64,000 bases of DNA from an uncultured Planctomycetia bacterium (GCA_964406665.1 CAYOSQ010000002.1:3598-67597), one strand, 5' to 3'; positions 6,489-16,273 are shown, counted from the first letter of the stretch. Program-made: numbers and translations. The notes: generated by a model not told the origin, from the letters alone.

Positions 6489-8600
6489 TTATTTATCGCG
6501 TAACATTTCAATAATTTTGTTTATCTCTTTTTCCAAAAGCGTCTTGATGTTTGGGCTTAGTTTTTCAAGCATCTTTCTTTTGAATTCTCCTTCAAGCAGT
6601 TTTATTCTTAGTGCTTCAGGATATCCGGATAGCTGAAAATCAAAATCAACGAAATCTCTTTTTTCTTTGGCTTTAGATATTAATAATCTAAGTATGCTTG
6701 ATTCCATAAGCAGTTCTTTGTTCAGGCGCAGGTTAATCTTTCCGTCGAGCCAATCTTGACTATTGATTTTAAAGTTAGCACCCATAAATATGCCTGGGGC
6801 GATAAGATCGAAATTTTTCATGTATTTCTCATTATTATTTAGGTTGAAATCTATTGTTAGAACAGCATCAGTAATTTTTCTTAAGGAGTCAAGACCGATA
6901 AAATCGGCTGTCTGATCTAAGAAATGAAGATTGCTTAAACTAACATCACTAAATTTGATTATGCTTTTTAAGAAATAAGGCTGTTTGCCGTTTAAAGTTA
7001 TCTTGCCATTCATTAATCCTGTTATGTTACAATCAATCGGAAAGAGTTCGTTTAATTCTTCTGCGATAATGTTATCCAAAAAGATATCTAGGTTGTAGTT
7101 TGTCGGAGCAGATAAATCAATTGTACCTTTTGCATCTAGTGTTCCCCCATATCCTTTGCAGCTTAAGCTGTCTATCGAAAATAAATTGTTCTTTATGCTT
7201 GAGAGAAAATGCATATCTTTAAACAGGAGATCTTTTCTGAATATATTTTTGTTATTGCTTATAATATCTTGAGAAAATAGCATTTGCTTGGATGCTATTA
7301 AAAAAGAGTATGTTTTTCCATTACCATGTGAAGCTTCTTTCTGCGGAGAAATAGAAAATTCATTTATCTTTATACCGGTTTCATATATTTCGTTAACCAT
7401 ATTCTTTATTTTATGTGTTGTTGCTATAACTCTGGCATTACCTGTTAATTTTCCAGCGGCAACCTTTGCAACTATCCTTGCGATAAGTGCTTTTTTCTTG
7501 TCTCTTTGAAAAGAACTTATCTGTAGATTTAATACTGGTTCTGTTATGTTTGTTATTTTTCCAGTTAAAAATAAAGGAAAGCGATCGTTTAGTATCGCGC
7601 CGCATTCTTTTATTATCAAAGCATCTTTTTCTAGAATAAGGTTGCAGAATATGCTACTTAATTTCAGAAAGCTTTCTGGTAGATAAAATTTGCTATCAGC
7701 TAGAGAAATATTAGTCTTTAGCTTAAGCAAAGGGATCTTTCCAGTGATGTTCGCTGTGAAATTGACTAAACCGCTTAAGATTACTTTAGATTTTAATTTT
7801 AGTATTTCTTCTATATCGAGAGTCTTTGAGAGTAGTCTTAGGTCTAATTTAGGGTTATCTTGATAAGAGTGGATTATCCCGCTCCCTCCAAGTTTTACAT
7901 TGCCTATGGTTAAACTCATGTCTTGGAGGTTGAGGTCTTTTTGGGAAACCGAGCCTCTTATCTGAAATTGCATTTTCTTTGCAAATTTGTAAAGAAACAG
8001 CTGGTTCAGTAAGATCTTTACTTCTGATGAGTTGTTGAAGTCCATGATGCCTTTACAATGAATATTTTTTGGGTGAAGGCGAAGTTTTGCATTAAGCATC
8101 AGGTAGTCATCTAGCTTTGATTTGTCAGTTGAAAGAATTCTGGCTTTTTTAAGGTGAACTGTAGGATTCAAAAATGTGAGTTTAAAGTCTTTATCGCCTG
8201 CTTCCTTTGCGGTTGATTCAGTAAGGGAGATTATTTTTTCTAAAGCATCAACATCGGAAAGGCTGCTTTCCACTAATGAAATACTTCTTACAATAACAGA
8301 ATTTTTTATAAGCGGAAGCAGGTTAAACTTTAAATCTATCTCCTTGGCGTTGGCAATAGAATCTTTGTTATCGTTTAATAGATTGACATTCTTTAACTGA
8401 ATGCCTTTCCACAGTTGAAAGTCTATGTCTTCAACTAAAATCGAATCATTGCTAAGGAGCTTTATTTGATTATTTATTTCACCTAGATTATTTTTTAGAC
8501 AAATTTGTGCAGAAAGATTTATCGCTATAACGCAGGCTATTAAAACTAGGATGATAGATATGACGAGTTTAAGGGGTAATTTGGGCAAAAATTTTATCAT
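6489..8600 (-). CDS. AsmA-family protein (large periplasmic protein with an N-terminal membrane anchor)
   Basis: N-terminal TM anchor, then a long repetitive beta-rich region typical of AsmA/TamB-like proteins. Family call rests on architecture only. Confidence 0.5.
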   Translation of the reverse strand: MIKFLPKLPLKLVISIILVLIACVIAINLSAQICLKNNLGEINNQIKLLSNDSILVEDIDFQLWKGIQLKNVNLLNDNKDSIANAKEIDLKFNLLPLIKNSVIVRSISLVESSLSDVDALEKIISLTESTAKEAGDKDFKLTFLNPTVHLKKARILSTDKSKLDDYLMLNAKLRLHPKNIHCKGIMDFNNSSEVKILLNQLFLYKFAKKMQFQIRGSVSQKDLNLQDMSLTIGNVKLGGSGIIHSYQDNPKLDLRLLSKTLDIEEILKLKSKVILSGLVNFTANITGKIPLLKLKTNISLADSKFYLPESFLKLSSIFCNLILEKDALIIKECGAILNDRFPLFLTGKITNITEPVLNLQISSFQRDKKKALIARIVAKVAAGKLTGNARVIATTHKIKNMVNEIYETGIKINEFSISPQKEASHGNGKTYSFLIASKQMLFSQDIISNNKNIFRKDLLFKDMHFLSSIKNNLFSIDSLSCKGYGGTLDAKGTIDLSAPTNYNLDIFLDNIIAEELNELFPIDCNITGLMNGKITLNGKQPYFLKSIIKFSDVSLSNLHFLDQTADFIGLDSLRKITDAVLTIDFNLNNNEKYMKNFDLIAPGIFMGANFKINSQDWLDGKINLRLNKELLMESSILRLLISKAKEKRDFVDFDFQLSGYPEALRIKLLEGEFKRKMLEKLSPNIKTLLEKEINKIIEMLRDK

Positions 8601-9072
8601 TGAGAAATACTTCGATTTTATCTAAATAATAATGAATTACATATTTATTCGACATTGTGGATTCGTATTCTAGTATTTTGTATTCAGAAAAAAGTAGAAT
8701 AAAAGGATTGCTGAATATCTTATTTTTTAGAAGAAGCATCGACTCTTCTTCCTTTTTGATTTCAGCGATTTTATATAGATATACATTTGCCAGAAAAGAT
8801 ACAATTCTAGCTTCCTTGGTTTCAACCAATTGCTTAAACGAGCATTTTGAATCTAAAATAGCATTTTGTTTGAAGAAGTACTCTGCAATGCCGAATAGAG
8901 CCTCTTGGGCCTCAGGGCTATTAGGTTTCTTATTTACAAATTTTCTTAGTTGCATGAAGGTAAAAATTTCATCTTTATCCTCGCTAGAAAAAGCAATCGA
9001 AGCAAAGAAAGCACTGGTTGCTACTAAAAAGACAATAAGAAGGATTAGATATCTTCTAAAATATTTTTTCAT
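8569..9072 (-). CDS. Hypothetical secreted or membrane-anchored protein
   Basis: N-terminal hydrophobic segment. No recognisable domain. Confidence 0.4.
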   Translation of the reverse strand: MKKYFRRYLILLIVFLVATSAFFASIAFSSEDKDEIFTFMQLRKFVNKKPNSPEAQEALFGIAEYFFKQNAILDSKCSFKQLVETKEARIVSFLANVYLYKIAEIKKEEESMLLLKNKIFSNPFILLFSEYKILEYESTMSNKYVIHYYLDKIEVFLNDKIFAQITP

Positions 9073-9613
9073 AGATTATCGGAGAAACATTTAGTTTATA
9101 TAGATAAAACGCAATAAATAAAACCAAAACCCAAGATGCGTTTACAGCTTCTTTATTGCGTTTCAAATTATTCATGTGAAATTTTTCGGATTGGGCATAT
9201 GGATATCTCTTGAAGTTAGGTATTATTTTGGGAACATGTTGTTTGTATTTGCGATAGTCTTCCTGAAATGCGGTCTCTAGGTCCCTCTCCTCTAATAAAA
9301 TTTGCTTACGGTAAATAAAATAATAGGCCGTCATTACAATTGCTGAGGCCCAGGGGTTCCCAGAAATAACACAGAAGCCCACCATCATCAGGTTAGTGCC
9401 TAGATATAAAGGATTTCTTACGTAGGCGTATGGTCCAAAAGTTGTAAGTTTTTCGGTTTTGGTTATGCATCCATTTGACCAAAAACGTATATATTCACCG
9501 AGCAATACTATCGGCAACCCTGCGAGTATTACTTTCATGTTAGGGGTTGCTAGAATAAGCATGAATATTCCTAGAATTGCCCCCCATTGAAAACGAGCTT
9601 TTTGTCTAAACAT
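9056..9613 (-). CDS. Isoprenylcysteine carboxyl methyltransferase / phospholipid methyltransferase family membrane protein
   Basis: GPYAYVRNPLYLG hallmark motif and multiple TM segments. Confidence 0.75.
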   Translation of the reverse strand: MFRQKARFQWGAILGIFMLILATPNMKVILAGLPIVLLGEYIRFWSNGCITKTEKLTTFGPYAYVRNPLYLGTNLMMVGFCVISGNPWASAIVMTAYYFIYRKQILLEERDLETAFQEDYRKYKQHVPKIIPNFKRYPYAQSEKFHMNNLKRNKEAVNASWVLVLFIAFYLYKLNVSPIIYEKIF

Positions 9614-9625
9614 TTTTATCCTTTG

Positions 9626-10096
9626 CTAGTGTGTTATTCCCAGAATCTCTTCGATTTCAGCATAAAGCTTTTTTACAAGTCTATCATTTTTATGAGTCAC
9701 TTTTTGTTTAAAAAACGGAGGAATGGGTGTTATCGCGAGATAACGGATGGATACAGCAGTACTGTAATCGTCAACGGTTTCAACTCGGGCATTAATTGTT
9801 GAATAAGTTGAAGCTATGAAGAATTGTCTTTGTTTTATTTTTGTAAAAATATATGCTCTTAGTAGAGGATCTGATTCTGGCAATCTATCTTTCTTTGTGA
9901 GAGAAGATGTGGATGCCTCCTCTACCTTCCATCCGAGATTTTCTAATGCTTTTATCGTTGAATTGAAAGTTAGAGTGAAATCTGATCGGAAGACTTCATT
10001 ATAGGGGAATTCTTCTTTGAGCTGCTCAGACATCTTTACAGTTATACAACCTTGTAGAATTAATGCTGCGCAGCAAATTAATATAATCTTTTTCAT
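9626..10096 (-). CDS. Lipoprotein, hypothetical
   Basis: Lipobox LILQGC after the signal peptide. Confidence 0.55.
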   Translation of the reverse strand: MKKIILICCAALILQGCITVKMSEQLKEEFPYNEVFRSDFTLTFNSTIKALENLGWKVEEASTSSLTKKDRLPESDPLLRAYIFTKIKQRQFFIASTYSTINARVETVDDYSTAVSIRYLAITPIPPFFKQKVTHKNDRLVKKLYAEIEEILGITH

Positions 10097-10140
10097 TGTT
10101 TATCCCACCTTTCTAAATTTTTAATGTTTAGTAAGGAGCA

Positions 10141-13100
10141 TTAATACAGATATATGTCTATTCTGTCAGTTTCACAATTTCTGATTCTTTCAGCGTAAGG
10201 ACTGGGAATAAAATCAGAATCTATGGTTATATTTTTGTTATCTAAATTAAATGAAAATGATTGGGGTTTTTTCGCACTTGCCCCAAAAGTATTCCCCTTT
10301 TCATTGTTGTGGTAAACAACTAATATTTTACCAAGGAAAACGAAAGCCAGGCAATTCTTTTCTAAAATAAATTTCTCTTTCTTTCCGTTAATAAAATATT
10401 CAAATTCAGTATTTGTTTTGGAAAATATCCATTTAGGCAGTGACGGATTAAATTTTAGACAAAGCTTTTCTTCGTTGTTTAAAAAGAATGGTTGTTCTCC
10501 TGCCATCATCAAAAGCCACATGTGTAGAAGTTCGGCCGTTGAACCACTTAGCCTAGCCACAAAACCATTGCCGTGCAATTTTTTGTCAGGGTTGCTGCTA
10601 CTAGCAATAAAAGAAGAATTTTCAAGGATGTTTCTTCCGTAGACCTGCGGATCCTGAAACGGTATGAGCATTTCCTTGAAGTCTCTGAAGAACTGTTCGT
10701 ATAGTCCTTTTCGAAGAGTCTCAAGTAAGTATTTGTATTCCATGTGCAACCATATGGATTCGTTTTCAAGCCACCCGGGAGTAAAAATCTTTGTTCTTCC
10801 GATCTCTTTTGTTTCTTTATCAAGCGATGCGCAAACTTTATACATTTTTAATTTCTTGTCGAAAAGCCCACTTTTTCTAATTGCTTTATAAAGTGTTAAT
10901 GCTTTTCTTTTATTTTTCTCTAGTTTTAACGCATGCATAGGAGCTTCTAAGAATAACGGAAGGGCTCTTTGAGAAAATGACAACGGTTTTATGCAAGGTA
11001 ATCCATGATTGTTAAGCTTAGGATAAGAATTTCCTCGGAAGTCTTGTTGCTGTATTTGTTTGTAGCTTTTTACATCGCAGTATAGATATGTCGGAGGAAT
11101 AGATTTATGCTTGCTTAACTTATAGGATTTTTTTATTCCCTCATCCAGTTTCTTTGAACAGTTTTCAAAAAATTGTTTTGCGTGTTTTATTTGAATTTTC
11201 GTTTCTTGTCCGCTAAATCCAAGCTCAATACTTTTACGATAGGCTTCCTTTGCAGAGTTGCTTTTATCCCAATATGAAAAATCCTTATTAGAATTAGCAT
11301 TTTTTAGATATTCTTTTAGAAGTGCATCTATATGTTCAAAGAAAACAAATAGTTCATCGAAAAGAGTTATTTCATAATCATCTGGGATGTCTAGTTCTGC
11401 GATATATCTATTCAGCAAATCAATTAATCTTTTTAGTTCTAAGGTTTCATTTAAAGATGAACCAAATAATCCAGGAAGGCCATTTAGCGCATCATACCAG
11501 TTGGGTCTTCCGGCCTCCATCTCAATCCCGATGCCGAAAGGATCCAGGGATGCAATTTTATTGCATATGAGGCAAGAAAGTTTTGCTATAAGGTTTGTTT
11601 TGTAGATTTTTCCTTTTCCGAAACTTTCTCTTACCCAGTGTATATCACTAGCCCTTTCATCTATCATCTTTTTATTTTTTAGGCTAAGGCCAATTGCATT
11701 AAACTGTCGAACCTTGTTGTTTTTTATGACATACTTTTCTTCTCTAGGCATTACGATTACGGGATTATCATAAAAAGCAAAAACTCTTTTTTTCAACAGA
11801 AGTTCTCGCAGTTTTTCCGGATAAATAGATAAGTAGCTTTCTAAGGCATCGGTATTGTAAGTCCAGTGGTCAGTCCAATAGCCATCTAAGGTTTCGGCGC
11901 CTTCGTTGTGTTCGGCAATAATGTTAGTTTCGCAAATTGAGACTATTTTGGCTATAAATTCATCATAGCTTACTTTGGGTTTTATGTTATTGTTTTCAAT
12001 GTAGGTAAAGATTTCTCCTGGAACAAAAGAGTTTTTCAGAAGTTCAACAATTTCATTAACGTATTTTACAGCGACAAGTTTTTTTACAATCTTCTTCCCT
12101 TTTTTAGGGTTTTTCAGAGTGAATCTGAATCCTCTAAAAGTCAGAGGATTAAAACCGTCAGCTTGTATAAGGTTTAAGAAAGTAATTAAGTTTATGTCTT
12201 TAACTTGCGGATTAAACCAAGTGTCGTTTCTTCTATTTTGATTAATATCTCTGTAGTTTCCGTTGCCTTCAGAAAAGTATGCGGGGTTTATAGTAAAATT
12301 GTTGTAGTCTCTTTCTGGATCTCCGTGTTTTCTCCAATAAACATGGAATGCATGGGAGTTATCGTCAAAGATAATAGGATATCCACCGCGTAAGGTATTG
12401 TCAAGAAATGTTTGCTTACAGTAGAGATCAAAGTTTCTCAAGCTGCTTGCAGTAAACATCTTATCAGTTATTTCGTGAATGAGTTTTGTGTTTTGATTAT
12501 TTTTTTGCTGGAGATAGTTCTTTTTTGTAATGTTTTTTACTGAACTATCAAGATTTTTTGAATGATTAGTATAGCCGAATACAGAAAAGAGCTCTTTTTT
12601 GCTTTTGGGATTTAATTTGAAGTCAATATAAGCAAAAGCACCCGGAGTTTTATTGTCGGTAATCTGTTTTTCTGGAGGAGTAAATTTACTTTTTTTGAAA
12701 AACTCATATGGATGTGTAAAGTCAGTTATCGGCCCGAAAACATATTCGGATTCAACTATAGGTTTGATTGACTTAGTTTTTTGATTAATTTTATGAAAAC
12801 AGGTGTAGAAATTAGCTTGTTTAACACTTATAACTTCTGGCTTATCGGAAACATAAGCTTTTAGCTTGTAGACTGCTATGTTTTTCTTATCAAGTTGTTC
12901 AACGTTCATCCAGGCTTCCAATGTACGACACATGTCTTTAAGAAGTCTATCGTTAACTCCATAAGGCATGACTATGGGAAGACCATCTAAGAGCTCAACA
13001 TTAAGAGGCTTTTTCGAAATGTTCTCTATTGTAACAATGCGTGTAAGTCCACCAAAAGATTCTTCAGGAATGGAAAAATAATTTACTGATATTACAATCC

Positions 13101-13512
13101 CTAGGCTTTTGTTTGTTTCTTCGAGTCTTAGGTCAGCACTATTTATAATCATTTTTCTTGTAACATCATAATTCGAATTTAAGAAGTTATTTTGGAATGG
13201 TTCATAAAACAGGGTATTCTTCCCTTTTTTAACTTTCAAGAATGTTCTGAATCCTTTTAATGATGTATTTTGGTAAGCTTTATTTGCGGGGAAGAATTCT
13301 AGTATGGCGCCGTCTTTATTCTTTGATCCGAAACTTGCTATGCATTGCCCTCTGTTTACGTAGAAAACCCACAAAGGTATTCCGTAGATTCCAGCTACGC
13401 CGGGAAAAAAGCTAGAAAAAGGTTTTGCTAGGTCGTAATTTTCTATTACGAACCCACCTTCATTATTTAAGAAAAATTTGGTTTTCTTTGATAGTTTTTT
13501 TATATTTGCCAT
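10141..13512 (-). CDS. Large 1123-aa protein, probably an (alpha/alpha)6-barrel glycoside hydrolase/phosphorylase-like enzyme (GH94/GH65-like); family uncertain
   Basis: Motifs GGYPIIFDDNSHAFHVYWRKHGDPERDYNNF, EAGRPNWYDALNGLPG and GNGFVARLSGSTAELLHMWLLMMAG resemble the catalytic regions of glycoside phosphorylases. No signal peptide. Confidence 0.35.
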   Translation of the reverse strand: MANIKKLSKKTKFFLNNEGGFVIENYDLAKPFSSFFPGVAGIYGIPLWVFYVNRGQCIASFGSKNKDGAILEFFPANKAYQNTSLKGFRTFLKVKKGKNTLFYEPFQNNFLNSNYDVTRKMIINSADLRLEETNKSLGIVISVNYFSIPEESFGGLTRIVTIENISKKPLNVELLDGLPIVMPYGVNDRLLKDMCRTLEAWMNVEQLDKKNIAVYKLKAYVSDKPEVISVKQANFYTCFHKINQKTKSIKPIVESEYVFGPITDFTHPYEFFKKSKFTPPEKQITDNKTPGAFAYIDFKLNPKSKKELFSVFGYTNHSKNLDSSVKNITKKNYLQQKNNQNTKLIHEITDKMFTASSLRNFDLYCKQTFLDNTLRGGYPIIFDDNSHAFHVYWRKHGDPERDYNNFTINPAYFSEGNGNYRDINQNRRNDTWFNPQVKDINLITFLNLIQADGFNPLTFRGFRFTLKNPKKGKKIVKKLVAVKYVNEIVELLKNSFVPGEIFTYIENNNIKPKVSYDEFIAKIVSICETNIIAEHNEGAETLDGYWTDHWTYNTDALESYLSIYPEKLRELLLKKRVFAFYDNPVIVMPREEKYVIKNNKVRQFNAIGLSLKNKKMIDERASDIHWVRESFGKGKIYKTNLIAKLSCLICNKIASLDPFGIGIEMEAGRPNWYDALNGLPGLFGSSLNETLELKRLIDLLNRYIAELDIPDDYEITLFDELFVFFEHIDALLKEYLKNANSNKDFSYWDKSNSAKEAYRKSIELGFSGQETKIQIKHAKQFFENCSKKLDEGIKKSYKLSKHKSIPPTYLYCDVKSYKQIQQQDFRGNSYPKLNNHGLPCIKPLSFSQRALPLFLEAPMHALKLEKNKRKALTLYKAIRKSGLFDKKLKMYKVCASLDKETKEIGRTKIFTPGWLENESIWLHMEYKYLLETLRKGLYEQFFRDFKEMLIPFQDPQVYGRNILENSSFIASSSNPDKKLHGNGFVARLSGSTAELLHMWLLMMAGEQPFFLNNEEKLCLKFNPSLPKWIFSKTNTEFEYFINGKKEKFILEKNCLAFVFLGKILVVYHNNEKGNTFGASAKKPQSFSFNLDNKNITIDSDFIPSPYAERIRNCETDRIDIYLY

Positions 13513-13516
13513 TTAG

Positions 13517-13669
13517 TTATGATCTATTTTTTAATTCATCCAGCAGTTCGTTAAGCTTGCGAATAATAATTACTGGAAAAATGAAAATCCAAACAAAGAG
13601 CGCAAACTGAATTAGCCCCGCGACGATAATAAAAGAAGCTGGTAGTGATTCTGCCATAGCTGCATCCAT
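13517..13669 (-). CDS. 50-aa single-TM microprotein (MDAAMAESLPASFIIVAGLIQFALFVWIFIFPVIIIRKLNELLDELKNRS), translationally coupled to the 1123-aa gene
   Basis: Not in the ORF track (<60 aa). Strong AGGAGGAAAG RBS 4 nt upstream of ATG 13667-13669. Stop is 4 nt before the start of the large gene. Hydrophobic core of about 20 residues. Confidence 0.5.
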   Translation of the reverse strand: MDAAMAESLPASFIIVAGLIQFALFVWIFIFPVIIIRKLNELLDELKNRS

Positions 13670-13688
13670 CTTTCCTCCTTAATAAGTT

Positions 13689-14231
13689 TTATATCTTAAC
13701 AGTATTCTTAGGCGAGGTAAAGTATTTTCCTCCCAGATGATAAATAAGTTGAGATTTATCTATTTTCCAAACATCTTCAAATGTTTCTTCTAAAGCTGAA
13801 GCAGAAACAGTTTCTGCGATAAACAGGTTATGATCTCCTACTTCTTTGATGTCTCTAACTCGACATTCTATATGTCCAACGCATTCTTTTATCAGCGGAG
13901 TTCTAGTTAGGCAATTGGCTTTTTCTTCAGAAAGATTTGATCCTGGGAATTTATCGACTTCTCTTCCTGAATGAGAGCCACAATAAATTACCGGTGTCAA
14001 TAAATCAAGCGCAGGTACGTTTACAGCAAATTCCTTTGATTTTTCTATGAGTTCAGAAGTAAGATGTTTTTTTGCAACACATATACCCAAAATCGCTGGG
14101 TTAGAGCTCATTGGCATATGCCAGGCTAGGGTGACTATATTCTTTTTGTCTTTGTAACAGGAGGTAACAAGTATGACTTCCCCGCTGTTAATGAGCCTAT
14201 GTGATTTATTTAAAGGGATTGCTATTTTCAT
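13689..14231 (-). CDS. Flavin reductase-like domain protein (FMN-binding split barrel)
   Basis: VILVTS...NIVTLAWHMPMSSNPAILGICV...EFAVNV is the Flavin_Reduct pattern. Confidence 0.6.
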   Translation of the reverse strand: MKIAIPLNKSHRLINSGEVILVTSCYKDKKNIVTLAWHMPMSSNPAILGICVAKKHLTSELIEKSKEFAVNVPALDLLTPVIYCGSHSGREVDKFPGSNLSEEKANCLTRTPLIKECVGHIECRVRDIKEVGDHNLFIAETVSASALEETFEDVWKIDKSQLIYHLGGKYFTSPKNTVKI

Positions 14232-14249
14232 TTATAAGAACTGCAAGGA

Positions 14250-14477
14250 CTATCTGTTAATTACGTTTATGTTTACTTTTCTAGACTTTAAATAGTTGAG
14301 TGCCTTTTTGATTTCTTCTTCTTCGCCTTCTAGAGTTAACATTGCCCATCCGGTATCAGTTGAAAATGATGCTTCAATTATATTAGGTATAACCTCAAAA
14401 TCTTTTCCAATTTGATAAAAAATCGGCTCACTTTTCAATTCATTTGGGAATGTTAATTCAATTTTAATCTTTTCCAT
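14250..14477 (-). CDS. NIL-domain protein
   Basis: IKIELTFP...EPI...NIIEAS...GWAMLTLEGEEEEIKKALNYLKSRKVNINVI fits the NIL domain pattern. Confidence 0.55.
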   Translation of the reverse strand: MEKIKIELTFPNELKSEPIFYQIGKDFEVIPNIIEASFSTDTGWAMLTLEGEEEEIKKALNYLKSRKVNINVINR

Positions 14478-14537
14478 CTCTGCTCCTCTTTCTAATTTTT
14501 GCTAATTTCAATTGTATAATTATACCATTTTTTGCTA

Positions 14538-15134
14538 TTATTTAATATCAAATTTTCTATATTTTATTTTTTGATCTGAGATTTTTGACAGGTAATTTTG
14601 ATTGACGTGTGCTTGATTCATGAATTTTTTCCTTAGATTCTCAAAATATTGTATATACGCTTCTGATTTGTAGTCTGTATATGTCCAGGGCAAAGGTTGG
14701 AAGGCTTTACCTTTGTAATAAAGAGCTAGCTCAGCAAATACCCCTTTTCTAAGATAGATTCTATGGGAATAGTTTTTTACGCTTGCCAGTACAACTTTTG
14801 CTGCGGTTAAATATCCGGGGTCAATGTTTATCGTTCTTTTTTGTTTTTTAGATAGTTTCCTTTCTAGGCTTACGCTATATTTCTTTATTTCAGGCAATAT
14901 GTCAGGCTTGATAAGTTTTTCAAATCCTATAAATTTTTTAAATAACGGCTTTCCCATTTCCTCATGGTAGTAACTTGTTAAATCAAAAGGAAAAACTTCA
15001 CTTTCTGAATCAATAGGTCCAAATCTTTTAGGTGCTGCTTGTGAAAAAGAAGAAAAATTATCAACCTCCTTTGAGATTAATCCGAAAAAAAGTTTAACAG
15101 AAGTAATTTGACATGGATTTTTTTTGAATTGCAT
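14538..15134 (-). CDS. DUF4416 family protein
   Basis: FPFDLTSYYHEEMGKPL...KRTINIDPGYL...HRIYLRKGVFAELALYY...PWTYTDY matches the DUF4416 signature. Confidence 0.55.
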   Translation of the reverse strand: MQFKKNPCQITSVKLFFGLISKEVDNFSSFSQAAPKRFGPIDSESEVFPFDLTSYYHEEMGKPLFKKFIGFEKLIKPDILPEIKKYSVSLERKLSKKQKRTINIDPGYLTAAKVVLASVKNYSHRIYLRKGVFAELALYYKGKAFQPLPWTYTDYKSEAYIQYFENLRKKFMNQAHVNQNYLSKISDQKIKYRKFDIK

Positions 15135-15161
15135 TTTGCTAATTAAAATTAACTGGTAGGA

Positions 15162-15527
15162 TTAATCTTTCTTTTCAAGATGACCATCAACGTATTCGGA
15201 GATTTTCTTTATTTCACTTTTATTAATATCGCTGAAGAAAATAGCAATATCATAATGTTTTGGTCCTGGGAAAGGCCCTTCTACTCTGACAACTACTCCT
15301 TCGCATTCAACTTTCTTGGTGATAATTTTCTTATCCTTTTGCAGGGGCAGTAAAAGTACGATTTTAAGTTTTGTTAATGGTTCCAAATATCTACTTACCG
15401 AACAGTATGCTCCTGCAGAACAAATATTCTTTGTTTTGGTTACTATGTCGTATTCCCCAGACCTTATCTTAAGAGGTATATCCTTCTCAATTCGGGGATA
15501 GCTTCTTCTTTCTTGATTAAGTTCCAT
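15162..15527 (-). CDS. PilZ domain protein (c-di-GMP receptor)
   Basis: RRSYPRI (RxxxR) and NICSAGAY (D/NxSxxG) motifs. Start moved to the internal ATG at 15527; the track start at 15602 would overlap the neighbouring gene by 71 nt and is a K-rich out-of-frame extension. Start still uncertain. Confidence 0.6.
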   Translation of the reverse strand: MELNQERRSYPRIEKDIPLKIRSGEYDIVTKTKNICSAGAYCSVSRYLEPLTKLKIVLLLPLQKDKKIITKKVECEGVVVRVEGPFPGPKHYDIAIFFSDINKSEIKKISEYVDGHLEKKD

Positions 15528-15531
15528 TGTT

Positions 15532-15732
15532 TTATTCTGCCGGGGTTTCTTCTTTTTTATTTTTTGCTTTCCAGCATCTTTTGTTGCAAAAATACTTAGC
15601 ATCCCGGTAGTATCTCTTAACTCTTTTTAGGGGTTTTTTACAGGATGCACAATTAGCGGCTAATTCTTTTTTTGCCTTTTTGGCTTCTTTTTTTAGTTCT
15701 TTAGGTGATTTTTTGACTTCTTGTTCTGACAT
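15532..15732 (-). CDS. Small lysine-rich zinc-ribbon protein (CxxC...CxxxC)
   Basis: ATG with an AAGGA RBS. CASCKK...FCNKRCW motif. Sits between two PilZ genes. Confidence 0.5.
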   Translation of the reverse strand: MSEQEVKKSPKELKKEAKKAKKELAANCASCKKPLKRVKRYYRDAKYFCNKRCWKAKNKKEETPAE

Positions 15733-15765
15733 GCTGTTCCTTTCTAGATTGATTGTACTAGTTTG

Positions 15766-16134
15766 TTATAGATTAAATGCTGCCTTAAGTCTTTTTTCTC
15801 TTAAGAATTCCAGGAGATGTTTCTTATCTTCGCTGTTAATCTGAGTAAATTCAACACCAAATTGATATCTTTCTGAGCAAGGAAGATTCTGCGACCAAGA
15901 GATTTTTCCCAGGGCAGATATAGATCTTGTAATTTCAGGTAAACTTAGGTTGAGCTTTACCTCAGTATTCAAGGCTAGAAAATTATCTAGAATTATCCTT
16001 ACTCCGCCTTCGCTAATATCTTTAGTTAGTGTTGCTCCAAAGTTATTAGTTGACTTCATTCCATATCGTATGGGAGTATGAATATTTTCTCTAATAAAAT
16101 TACGCCTGTTGAATCCTTGGTTTAAATTATGCAT
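15766..16134 (-). CDS. PilZ domain protein (c-di-GMP receptor)
   Basis: RRNFIRENIHTPIRY and DISEGG motifs. Start set to ATG 16134 (AGGAG RBS); the track start at 16212 is TTG. Confidence 0.65.
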   Translation of the reverse strand: MHNLNQGFNRRNFIRENIHTPIRYGMKSTNNFGATLTKDISEGGVRIILDNFLALNTEVKLNLSLPEITRSISALGKISWSQNLPCSERYQFGVEFTQINSEDKKHLLEFLREKRLKAAFNL

Positions 16135-16245
16135 TAGCCACAGTGCTCCTATAGTGTTTCCGTGGTTATTGAAACTGAAAAATACTATAACATAGTTTCC
16201 CCAATTTTTCAATTATTTTCGCTAGATGATAAAGATTCTTACTTA

Positions 16246-16273
16246 TTTACAAAATCATTGATTATGATATAAT
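16246..16273 (+). promoter_or_regulatory. Sigma70-like promoter for the ExeA-like gene (TTTACA-16-TATAAT) in a divergent intergenic region
   Basis: -35 at 16246-16251, -10 at 16268-16273. About 65 nt upstream of ATG 16340. Confidence 0.45.

Noticed and set aside
15528-15602. K-rich N-terminal extension of the downstream PilZ ORF
   Set aside because: It overlaps the zinc-ribbon gene by 71 nt in another frame and is low-complexity (KQKIKKKKPRQNK), and an internal ATG is available. Kept as uncertain rather than annotated.
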